From: an uncultured Clostridia bacterium
Lineage (GTDB): Bacteria > Acidobacteriota > Aminicenantia > UBA2199
DNA: 64,000 nucleotides
Assembly (NCBI GenBank): GCA_964422395.1
Contig: CAYRAO010000001.1
Location: forward strand, 73,530 to 137,529
Direction: 5' to 3'
In this document: piece after piece, positions 1 through 8,530 of the stretch
Layout of the letters: each line of letters opens with the position of its first letter
Numbering within the stretch: position 1 is the first letter of the stretch
Notes under the pieces: generated by a model
What the model was told of the DNA's origin: nothing
Seen by the model: only the letters and a program-made list of their open reading frames with translations
Databases searched by the model: none
Made by a program: the position numbers and the translations under genes

Positions 1-631
1 CCGGTAACATAGTCAATACAATACCTGACACCTGCCTGTTCCAATTTCGGAACCAGTCTGCGGAACTCTTTGTAGTTAAAATCCTCAAGTCCGATAATTC
101 CATAATAAAAAGATTTTTTGATTCTCGAGGGATTAAGCTTATCATGCAATCCCGCTCCACAAGCAATAATGCCCACCGGTTCCACCTTGATAACTTGCGA
201 GAACACCGATGCTGCTCTTGAGCCACCGGAAAATCCTGTAACATAGACTCTTTTTGTATTAATTGAAAACTTTTGTTGAATATCAACCCATACTGCTTTC
301 ATGGATTTAATAATATTGTGCCATGGTCCGTTTTGTGAATTATTTGAACACACAACAACATATCCGAATTTTTCAGCAGAATTTCTAAAAAGCTTTACAG
401 GTATCAATCCCCTTGCAGCCGGATCGAATGCAATTATGACAGGCCATTCTTTTTTTGAAGAGTAATTCGAAGGGATGTAAACCGCATAACTTTCTTCGGA
501 ATAGTTTAAACATTTAACCGATTCGGTTATTTTTCCCGATATTAAATCCGATGCTTTAACATTAAAAAAAAGAAATACCAAAAACAGCAAACATACAATT
601 CCAATTCTTTTTACTATAAAATAGTTCATAA
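1..631 (-). CDS. Secreted alpha/beta-hydrolase (esterase/lipase-like), partial; the C-terminus runs off the window start
   Basis: Reverse-complement translation from the ATG at 629-631 gives MNYFIVKRIGIVCLLFLVF... (signal peptide) and a GFSGGS nucleophile-elbow motif (G-x-S-x-G). It is not in the ORF track because it is truncated by the window edge. Confidence 0.5.
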
Positions 632-714
632 CATAGCTTATACCTTACAATTTTTAAATCTGCAATAACTTATTGTCAATTTTTCGTTATTTATCAGAAT
701 AGTAATAAAAATAG

Positions 715-2433
715 TTAAATTGTTACCTCTCTTGACACACCGATTACATTTCCGGCATTATCGTAAGCAACAACCCTGAATACATAATCAACATCTTTCT
801 CAAGTCCTGCACTTGTAAATGAATATCCGTTATTTATTAATTTATCATAACCGACACGCATGACCTCTTTATATTCAAACGATCCGTATTTTTTTTGAAT
901 AACAAATTCCGATATCTCAATTTTTTTCTGTTTTTTGACGGTAAAGACAAAATCACCATAATCCGATACTACAATCCACACCTTTTCTTCTTTTCTGCTT
1001 CCGGTAAGCTTAATAACTACCGGAACATCAACAATCGCACTAAAAGTTGCAACTTCACTTCCTATATTGATATTTTTTATCAAAACCCCCGAATCGTTAC
1101 ATTTGTAATCACGACTCCCCGGTTCTGTTGACGGTCCGAAGCTATTGCCGTTTAAATAAAAATCTCCCTTGTCTGCAGGAAATTTTTTCTCAATCTGCTC
1201 CAAACCGTCAGCCTCCATCAATCTTATATATTTATGAGAGGTATAAGAATTATCATACTTAAATCTCCGCATCGACTTGTCAAGAGTAGAATCTATATGC
1301 CAAATAACCAATCCGTTTCCAGGTAAATTTAAATCGTTTCCTGTTTTTTGCCTGTTCTCAATCATAAAAAACTCTCCGAATATAGTATTTACGGATATAT
1401 CAGGCATCATCATTAAAGATTCTCCCTGTTTTACAGATGGGAAAAACGAGTAATCCAAAGATCCGGTAGATTGTACTTCCGGACGAGTCCAGTCAAGCAT
1501 AAATTTATGGAAACAATTATGATCACACTTGGCAGCAGCCATCATGTCCATTCCCCCGACACCTCCGTCAGGACCTACACCCGCCTTATAATCATAAAGA
1601 TCGGGAAGTCCGAGAGCATGACCTGATTCGTGAATAACCGTTGACGGGGAAAACTCACCATATGGATAATTGTATGACTCCCATTGCCAAGAATATGTAT
1701 AAAGTGACTTTCCGTCAAGTTTAAAACTTTCATTACTAAATTGTGTCTGATATGCCCACCAAAATGAAGCCCACTCACCACGTTCTCCACTCCATATAAC
1801 TGCAAAATAATCAATATCTCCATCATTATCATTATCGTACTGTGAAAAATCATGCCCATTGTTGTCATAAAACATTAAAGCTTCCTTAATTAGCGATTCA
1901 CGCCCCGAAATCGATTTGGGAACTTTCGACCTCAACGTTTTACTTTTGTACCATCCCAAAATATTTCCTGAAATCTTCAATTTGCCGAATGATGATCTAA
2001 TGTAAAATTCTCTTAAACTTTCAAGGGGAAACTCACTTGCTTTCCCTTTCCCGAACATCTTATCTTGAATAAGATTTGTAGAATTGATGTTGTCAGCATC
2101 GGGAAACGACAATAACAGTACCAAAATTTTTACATTTCCTGTCGTCGGCATTCCCCTCCAATCCGGAGGTGGCAATTGAATTTGAGCAAATGAATTATTT
2201 GCAATACCGCCTACCTTCCTTTTTAATCTTTCCAGAAGCGAAGGAGAGATAAGGTGATTACCATATGATTTGGCTCTCTCAATACGCTGTTTTAATGTCC
2301 CTTCACTACGATATTTCTCAATCTGCTCTTTTGTCGGAGGATCAAGTGAAAATAATAAAAAACCATTATTTGAAAACCCCAACAAAAAACATAATAATAA
2401 AAAAACAATTGATATTTTTCTCATTGAAATCAT
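715..2433 (-). CDS. Secreted zinc metalloprotease, M6 (immune inhibitor A)-like family, with a C-terminal Ig/FN3-like beta domain
   Basis: HESGHALGLPDLYD motif (HExxHxxGxxD). Signal peptide MISMRKISIVFLLLCFLLGF. The start was moved to the internal ATG at 2433, which has an AAGAGG RBS; the track ORF extends to 2505. Confidence 0.6.
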   Translation of the reverse strand: MISMRKISIVFLLLCFLLGFSNNGFLLFSLDPPTKEQIEKYRSEGTLKQRIERAKSYGNHLISPSLLERLKRKVGGIANNSFAQIQLPPPDWRGMPTTGNVKILVLLLSFPDADNINSTNLIQDKMFGKGKASEFPLESLREFYIRSSFGKLKISGNILGWYKSKTLRSKVPKSISGRESLIKEALMFYDNNGHDFSQYDNDNDGDIDYFAVIWSGERGEWASFWWAYQTQFSNESFKLDGKSLYTYSWQWESYNYPYGEFSPSTVIHESGHALGLPDLYDYKAGVGPDGGVGGMDMMAAAKCDHNCFHKFMLDWTRPEVQSTGSLDYSFFPSVKQGESLMMMPDISVNTIFGEFFMIENRQKTGNDLNLPGNGLVIWHIDSTLDKSMRRFKYDNSYTSHKYIRLMEADGLEQIEKKFPADKGDFYLNGNSFGPSTEPGSRDYKCNDSGVLIKNINIGSEVATFSAIVDVPVVIKLTGSRKEEKVWIVVSDYGDFVFTVKKQKKIEISEFVIQKKYGSFEYKEVMRVGYDKLINNGYSFTSAGLEKDVDYVFRVVAYDNAGNVIGVSREVTI

Positions 2434-2687
2434 TTGTAACCTCTTATGATTTGTATCATAAACGATATACGATTTATTTTCAATTTTTTGGATAAAAAAA
2501 TTCAAATAATTTTATATTAAAATTCAATACTTTTTATTCATAAAATAACACCGATACTTTTGAGCAAATTATAATAAGTTTCCCTCCGAAGATACTTATA
2601 TCTCCCGCTAAGGAGATTTTCAAATCATTTTTTTCTTTTCTTTAACAAATGTCTTTTAATATAGGTACTTCACATAAATTTTTATTC

Positions 2688-2704
2688 TTGGAATAAAATT
2701 TGCT
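2688..2704 (+). promoter_or_regulatory. Candidate sigma-54 (-24/-12) promoter: TTGGAATAAAATTTGCT
   Basis: GG (2690-2691) and GC (2702-2703) are separated by exactly 10 nt, as in the TGGCAC-N5-TTGC consensus. It sits about 12 nt upstream of the 2715 ORF start and immediately upstream of a sigma-54 EBP gene; rpoN is present in the window. Confidence 0.25.
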
Positions 2705-2714
2705 TTAATATCAC

Positions 2715-3152
2715 ATGATAAAAATCATGTCTTTGATCTTTATATTTTTTTTCTATGTGTTCATTCTTAACTCCGAAATTAATGAAAACCCGAATTTAAT
2801 TAATGAAAAAATAGGGTACTTTACAATAAAAAAAATACCGACCCCTCCTTTTCTTAACACATCCCTATGTGTTTACTGGGAATTTAATTTGAAAAATGTA
2901 GAAAAAGTTGAAATTTTCATTAAGACATTAAATGGCGACAAAAAAATCTTCGAAAAGACTAATAATGGTTTGGGATTTTTCAAATACAATTCATGGAAAG
3001 ATCATGGGATATCCCACTGTCCGTTCAAATCCAAATCAAATTTAAGAGATGCTGCAATCTATTACTACAAAATTAAAATTAAAAATATCAAAATATTATT
3101 AAAAAAAATTTTTGTGATAAAAAAAAATCCCGTAAGCGGAAATACACGGTGA
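2715..3152 (+). CDS. Small secreted hypothetical protein (N-terminal hydrophobic signal, lysine-rich C-terminus)
   Basis: ORF of 145 aa with N-terminal SLIFIFFFYVFILNS. No recognisable domain. Possible alternative start at 2727. Confidence 0.4.
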   Translation: MIKIMSLIFIFFFYVFILNSEINENPNLINEKIGYFTIKKIPTPPFLNTSLCVYWEFNLKNVEKVEIFIKTLNGDKKIFEKTNNGLGFFKYNSWKDHGISHCPFKSKSNLRDAAIYYYKIKIKNIKILLKKIFVIKKNPVSGNTR

Positions 3153-3232
3153 TTATGATTAATTATATCCAGCCAAATTCTTGGTTATTTTATTAAATTG
3201 AAAATATATATTAAAAGCACTATACTCATATT

Positions 3233-4636
3233 ATGTTGGAAATAATTAAATCCAGATTGTGGGAACTGCTTAAAGAAAAAGATGTATCTCTTGTAATGGT
3301 TTTTGATGAATCCGGAAAGATACATTGGAATAAAGGTCGCAAAATAACAGGGAAATCGGTCAGTAAAGGAGAAGGATTTGCTTCAAGTTACATTAAAGAT
3401 AGCATAAATACCAATTCGGTAATTTTTCAATCCAATATTTTTGATACGAGTGAAGATGATCTCTCTTTATCTGCAAAGAGACTTCTCCTTAAAAGTGTGA
3501 TCATTTCCCCTGTTGGAAACGGATTCTATCTCTACATTGACAGCGGTGTAAAAAAATCATTTACCGAAAATGAGATGTTTGAGATCAAAGTATTGGGAAA
3601 CCTATTAGGTGAACTCATAACGGAGATAAAGAAAAAAGAGACGGGTTCAGGTGGAATTTCAGGAAAGAGTGAACCGATTAAGGAAATAAGAGAAAAAGTT
3701 CTTCAATATTCTCTTGATGATAATCCCGTACTGTTGTCGGGAGAAACCGGAGTCGGAAAAAGCAGAACAGCAGAACTTATCCATTTATACTCAGGCAGGA
3801 AAGGGAAACTGATTACAGCTCATATGCCCACATTTCAAGAGAGTCTTTTTGAGAGTGAACTGTTCGGTCATGTTAAAGGTTCATTCACCGGAGCTGTTTC
3901 CGATAAAAAAGGATTGATCGAAGAAGCTTCGGAGGGTACTCTCTTTTTAGATGAGATTTCCGAAATTCCACTATCCTTCCAGACAAAATTATTGAGATTT
4001 ATTGAAACAAAAAAATATTTGAAAGTGGGTGAAACTTCCGAACGGTCGGCAGATGTAAGGATAGTCTCTGCTTCCAATAAAGAATTGAAGAAGGAAGTAA
4101 AAGTCGGGAACTTCAGGGAAGACCTCTATTACAGATTGGCTGTTTTGGAGATTGAAATTCCCCCGTTGAGAAATAGGGTTGAAGATATTGATCTGTTGGT
4201 AGAAGAATATAAATATCTGCTAAAAGGGAAAAAAACAGGAAAGGGATTTATGGATTCTATGAGAAAACATAGTTGGCGTGGAAATATCAGAGAGATGAGA
4301 ACCGTCCTTACCAGAGCAGGGATAAGTGCTCCCGACCCGATTACTTCAGATGATCTTAATAAAATATTTAACGGTTTTAATCCGGTTATCAATGGCAACG
4401 ATGACTCTTTATTTCAAGATCTGATCACTCAAATGGAAAACGGTTTAAGCTTTTGGAAAGTGGTCAAGGAACCGTTCTTAAACAGAGACATTAATAGAAA
4501 TCAGGTAAAAAAACTTATAAAAATATCTTTAATGAATTGTGGAGGAAAATACAAAAATCTCCTTGAAGGCTTCAATATAAAGAGCGATGAATATAAAAAA
4601 TTCATGAAATTTATCAATAAAAATAAACTTCAGTAA
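3233..4636 (+). CDS. Sigma-54-dependent transcriptional activator (bacterial enhancer-binding protein) with a non-receiver N-terminal sensory domain
   Basis: AAA+ sigma-54 interaction domain with Walker A GETGVGKS, ESELFGH, a GSFTGA variant of the GAFTGA loop, Walker B GTLFLDEI, and an R-finger region RNRVEDI. A C-terminal Fis-type HTH-like segment is present. There is no REC domain. Confidence 0.85.
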   Translation: MLEIIKSRLWELLKEKDVSLVMVFDESGKIHWNKGRKITGKSVSKGEGFASSYIKDSINTNSVIFQSNIFDTSEDDLSLSAKRLLLKSVIISPVGNGFYLYIDSGVKKSFTENEMFEIKVLGNLLGELITEIKKKETGSGGISGKSEPIKEIREKVLQYSLDDNPVLLSGETGVGKSRTAELIHLYSGRKGKLITAHMPTFQESLFESELFGHVKGSFTGAVSDKKGLIEEASEGTLFLDEISEIPLSFQTKLLRFIETKKYLKVGETSERSADVRIVSASNKELKKEVKVGNFREDLYYRLAVLEIEIPPLRNRVEDIDLLVEEYKYLLKGKKTGKGFMDSMRKHSWRGNIREMRTVLTRAGISAPDPITSDDLNKIFNGFNPVINGNDDSLFQDLITQMENGLSFWKVVKEPFLNRDINRNQVKKLIKISLMNCGGKYKNLLEGFNIKSDEYKKFMKFINKNKLQ

Positions 4637-4645
4637 CAAAATAGT

Positions 4646-5104
4646 TCATCGATTTTCCTCTGTAAATTCATCAATACCTTTAACGTCTCTCATAATGTAA
4701 ACCATGTAATCTCCGAGATATTCAAATTTATTTTTCAAGTATAGATTTATTGCTTTTCTATTTTCTTTATGCACTTCAAGTTTAATTTGAACGTTTTTAT
4801 TCTTTGCATAAAGTAATGATTTTCTTAGGAGAGGTACCGAAAGTTTTTGTCCTTGATATTTCGGAGCAATTCCGAAATGGTGGAGATGCAATCGCCTTCC
4901 GTCAAATGTCATCCACGAAGAACCTATCAGTTCCATGGATGGTAGAATCTCCATAACGATTAATTTCCCTCCCAGTGCTATTGATAATTCTATCGTTCTC
5001 AGATCATCTCCTCTATGTCTCCCGCCAAGTCCGGTCAAATCCCATAAATCTTTCAACTTTTTATAATCTGACACTTTAAAATCTCTTAACAAATAATTCT
5101 TTTC
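4646..5104 (-). CDS. GNAT family N-acetyltransferase
   Basis: About 150 aa with acetyl-CoA-binding-like motifs (HLHHFGIAPKYQGQKLSVPLL). The start was chosen at the ATG with an AAGGTGG RBS; the track start at 5128 is GTG. Confidence 0.65.
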   Translation of the reverse strand, partial: EKNYLLRDFKVSDYKKLKDLWDLTGLGGRHRGDDLRTIELSIALGGKLIVMEILPSMELIGSSWMTFDGRRLHLHHFGIAPKYQGQKLSVPLLRKSLLYAKNKNVQIKLEVHKENRKAINLYLKNKFEYLGDYMVYIMRDVKGIDEFTEENR

Positions 5105-5209
5105 CATTTTGCTTTTCCACCTTGGCACTTAGTAATAATACTTTCACTTAGATAATATTTAATTACAAACCTATTTTCAACTAAAGAAAATAGTGATTTT
5201 TATTTTACA

Positions 5210-5860
5210 GTGTTTTATAATCAATTCATGAAAAAATCATATATTTTAACTTTATCTTTGTTATCTTTTTTCTTTTTTTCTTGTGAGAAAGCAATAGTCA
5301 CTAAATATGCAACAGATTTCATATCCACCGATAATAATCCGGTACAAATAGAATTGTATGATGAAAAAACGATTACAATTTCAAATGATTCAGGAGAGTT
5401 TTCATTAACACCGCTTGCCGAATATACTATTTCGGCAAGAGTGATGTCAACCGAACACTATTCCAGAAAATGGACATCGTCATTATCTCCGGTTGATCTT
5501 GCTCTGGCATGGGGAGAACTTGCAACAGTAAAGATGGACGATTATATCTCTTACAAACAAAGAAACAGATGGTACTTCTACAAATATAAACCCGATTGTC
5601 CGGTAGATAATAATTATATAATTTCTCATTCATCCAACAATCATATAATTCCATCCTCTCACAATCTCTCTGTTGCGTTAAAAAATATAAAAAAGCATGA
5701 CACTGTTAAGATAACCGGTTTACTCGTTAAAGTTTCAGGAATGGCTGACGGACAAAAGGTTTCGTGGGGAACCAGCACAACAAGAAATGATACGGGAGAC
5801 AGGTCATGTGAATTGATTTATGCAAAGGAGATAAGGATAAACGATAAAGTGTACAATTAA
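5210..5860 (+). CDS. Hypothetical lipoprotein
   Basis: Signal peptide plus lipobox (FFFFSC). No recognisable domain. Possible start at 5228 (MKKSYIL). Confidence 0.5.
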   Translation: MFYNQFMKKSYILTLSLLSFFFFSCEKAIVTKYATDFISTDNNPVQIELYDEKTITISNDSGEFSLTPLAEYTISARVMSTEHYSRKWTSSLSPVDLALAWGELATVKMDDYISYKQRNRWYFYKYKPDCPVDNNYIISHSSNNHIIPSSHNLSVALKNIKKHDTVKITGLLVKVSGMADGQKVSWGTSTTRNDTGDRSCELIYAKEIRINDKVYN

Positions 5861-5874
5861 CAAGGAGGAATTGA

Positions 5875-6951
5875 ATGAAACCATTTAGAAAAACAATCGG
5901 ATTTTTAATAATAGCGTTAATCGGCATACCTGTTCTTTTTGCAACAATTATAGCAGTCGGAATAACAAATTCCGTTGTATCTCCGGAAGTAATGTCAGAT
6001 CTTCCCGAAGAGATTATTTCCGAACTTCCTTCTTCAATTGACGAAATCTACGAAACACTTAAAAACGAGAATGATATTAAAGATGAGAAAACCAAAACTA
6101 TTGTTGAAGCGATGAAAAGTGTAAATATTCGACCGAGTAGAATTTTAGATGATTCCGGAATATTAAAATGGCTGCAAGGAGAACTATCCGTCTCACTTAA
6201 ACAATTCGGAGAAGTATTAAGAGGAGAGCGAAAACCCGATCCGATACGTTTAAACATGGCTCCTCTAAAAAAAGCGTTGCTACACAATTCCATAACTTCC
6301 TATTTACGATCAGTTATAACCAATTTACCCGAATGTAGAGATTTGGAAACCGAAGAATGGAAGAAAATTGCTTTTACAAATGACATATCAGAGGGATTTG
6401 ACCTTGATGGATTTCCATCATGCAGACCTACGGGTCTTGAAATTACCGACGACTTGATTAAAGTATTTCAGTTAAGAGCAGTGGAAAAAATTCCTGAGGA
6501 TACAGAGATTTTTGATGATTATGTCGATTTTCCACAAGGATGGAACTTTACAAGAATCATCAGTGCCGCTATGTATGCTTTTTTCATTTTACCGGCATTA
6601 TTGATCTTTCTCGGATCTTTAATTGCATCAACATCAAAAGAGAGCTTTTTTCGATGGTCTGGGGTAGCAACAATGATAGGAGGAATTACCGCTTACGGAC
6701 TGGGTTCTTTAATGGAAAATATAATTCCCATTTCAAAATTCGCTACAAAATATGATTTCTCAAATGCAGTATCATCACGTTTCGAAGAACTAATAATTTT
6801 GAAAACAGGGGAAATTACCGAAATGTTTATGGATTCTCTCTTTGCTCCGACTACAAAACTTGCCGGAACCGTTATAATTATCGGATTGATAATTTTTGCA
6901 ATTTCTTTTCTCGTTAATGACGGAAAAGATTCAACTTATTTAAAAAATTAG
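5875..6951 (+). CDS. Hypothetical membrane protein (N-terminal TM, soluble acidic middle region, C-terminal TM bundle)
   Basis: AAGGAGG RBS 7 nt upstream. The 14-nt gap to the upstream lipoprotein gene suggests an operon. Confidence 0.5.
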   Translation: MKPFRKTIGFLIIALIGIPVLFATIIAVGITNSVVSPEVMSDLPEEIISELPSSIDEIYETLKNENDIKDEKTKTIVEAMKSVNIRPSRILDDSGILKWLQGELSVSLKQFGEVLRGERKPDPIRLNMAPLKKALLHNSITSYLRSVITNLPECRDLETEEWKKIAFTNDISEGFDLDGFPSCRPTGLEITDDLIKVFQLRAVEKIPEDTEIFDDYVDFPQGWNFTRIISAAMYAFFILPALLIFLGSLIASTSKESFFRWSGVATMIGGITAYGLGSLMENIIPISKFATKYDFSNAVSSRFEELIILKTGEITEMFMDSLFAPTTKLAGTVIIIGLIIFAISFLVNDGKDSTYLKN

Positions 6952-7052
6952 GGATAAAGTTTTGCACGTTTTAAACGAATTAATTGCAGTGGCGGAGAAT
7001 TTAAATACAAAAAGATATCATTTGCTACATTAGGTTCAAACAATATAACAAC

Positions 7053-7280
7053 TTAATAATCATCCGGCATTTCAAATACACACTCCTGAGTAGTGCATGT
7101 CTTAAGCTTTGAACATATGGAATCCAATACTGTTTGAGCCTTATCAGGATTTTCATATTTACCGATCAACAATCCGAACGGATATTGTTGATTAAGAACT
7201 CTTAAGCTTTTTCCTCTTATTGTAATGTTATCAACAAGTAAAACTTTTTTCTTATTCTGAGTTTTTATCCAGAGTTTCAC
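7053..7280 (-). CDS. Small hypothetical protein (75 aa), co-oriented with the upstream P-loop protein
   Basis: ORF only, with an 8-nt gap to the preceding gene. No recognisable motif. Confidence 0.3.
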   Translation of the reverse strand: MKLWIKTQNKKKVLLVDNITIRGKSLRVLNQQYPFGLLIGKYENPDKAQTVLDSICSKLKTCTTQECVFEMPDDY

Positions 7281-7288
7281 AGTTCCCC

Positions 7289-8485
7289 CTATTTATTTTT
7301 TAAAAATTTACCTAAAAATTTGAAAGGAGAGGATAATATTCTATTTAAAATCCCCTTTTCATCATAAACCTGATTCCTCGATTCGATAAGCAATTTTCTT
7401 ATTAGATCCATATCCACATGTAAATGGATAAGATCAACTATATCTTTTATTTTTTTTGATTCACCGGGTTCCACTTTAAATATTTTATGATTGATCCTTT
7501 TAACCATTTTTTGAATCGGAGCATTACTCCTGAAAAGCGGGAGACCGGATTTATTACAAGCTCCAATTATCCACTCATCAATTTCACCTTTTCCACATAG
7601 TATTAAAGCACTGGGACCACCGGAAAAAGCACCGGAAAGTTTCCTTGCTAAAACAGCTTCAATAATTTCACGTCTGCTTAAACTTGATAGAAGAGCACTA
7701 TTGGGATCATCGTATACCATCTTTAACACTTCATCCGTATTTCCGAATGCCGAGTTAAATCCTGTTATACTTTTCATGTCCATATCATCATTTAAGCATA
7801 TTTTCTCAGCTCCAATTTCTCTGCTGAGTACTCCAAGAGAAGGAGAGGATAGAGTATCAAGGTACGGGATATACCCAAGGACAGGAATACCTTCGGATTT
7901 AAACCATTCACCCAATACGGTTCTCACTTTCCCTTCCTTTTCGGGGAGTATTTTGTTTATAATTACTCCGAGCAATCTGACTCTTTTATTTCTGAAAGGT
8001 TGAATACATAAATTGAATCTATCTATAGTTGACCCTATTCCTCCGTTTATTATGAGTATTAAAGGTATTCCAAACATAGCTGCCACATCCGCATTCGACA
8101 TATTAAAAACCGATCCGACACCCGGATGTCCCGTCCCTTCAACAACAACTATCTTAAATTTTGAATTAAGATAGTTAAAAGACTTTCTAATTCTCTTTCT
8201 TATATCCGCCGGTTCACCGGTCATTATAAATTTCTCTGCAACTCCGGACGAAGTTGAAAAAGGTGCGGCATATTTTATAGGTATTCCTAATTCCATTGCA
8301 TTATCAAGCAAATAGGAGTCTTGTCCGACAGAACTGCCGTCAATCATAGTTGATTTCTGACCTAACGGTTTTATAAAAGATACATCCTTTGGAAAAATTT
8401 CCTTAAAATACGAGACAAGCCCTAAAGAGATGGTGGTTTTTCCCGCATCTTTTCCCCCTCCCGCTATGTATATTCCATATCCCAT
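7289..8485 (-). CDS. BioD-like P-loop NTPase with a C-terminal DRTGG-like domain (phosphotransacetylase N-terminal-domain family)
   Basis: P-loop GGKDAGKTT near the N-terminus. EGTGHPGVGS motif typical of the dethiobiotin synthetase / CobQ / Pta-N fold. The architecture matches the Pta N-terminal region without the catalytic PTA_PTB domain. Confidence 0.45.
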   Translation of the reverse strand: MGYGIYIAGGGKDAGKTTISLGLVSYFKEIFPKDVSFIKPLGQKSTMIDGSSVGQDSYLLDNAMELGIPIKYAAPFSTSSGVAEKFIMTGEPADIRKRIRKSFNYLNSKFKIVVVEGTGHPGVGSVFNMSNADVAAMFGIPLILIINGGIGSTIDRFNLCIQPFRNKRVRLLGVIINKILPEKEGKVRTVLGEWFKSEGIPVLGYIPYLDTLSSPSLGVLSREIGAEKICLNDDMDMKSITGFNSAFGNTDEVLKMVYDDPNSALLSSLSRREIIEAVLARKLSGAFSGGPSALILCGKGEIDEWIIGACNKSGLPLFRSNAPIQKMVKRINHKIFKVEPGESKKIKDIVDLIHLHVDMDLIRKLLIESRNQVYDEKGILNRILSSPFKFLGKFLKNK

Positions 8486-8530
8486 ATTATCCGCCTTTCA
8501 CCGATTGATTATTTACCATTATCATCTATT

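Noticed and set aside
5123-5140. TGGCAC hexamer (a perfect sigma-54 -24 element) upstream of the lipoprotein gene at 5210.
   Set aside because: The -12 position, 10 nt downstream, reads AATAA, which lacks the conserved GC dinucleotide. The hexamer is also the reverse complement of the GNAT gene's start region. It is most likely a chance match.
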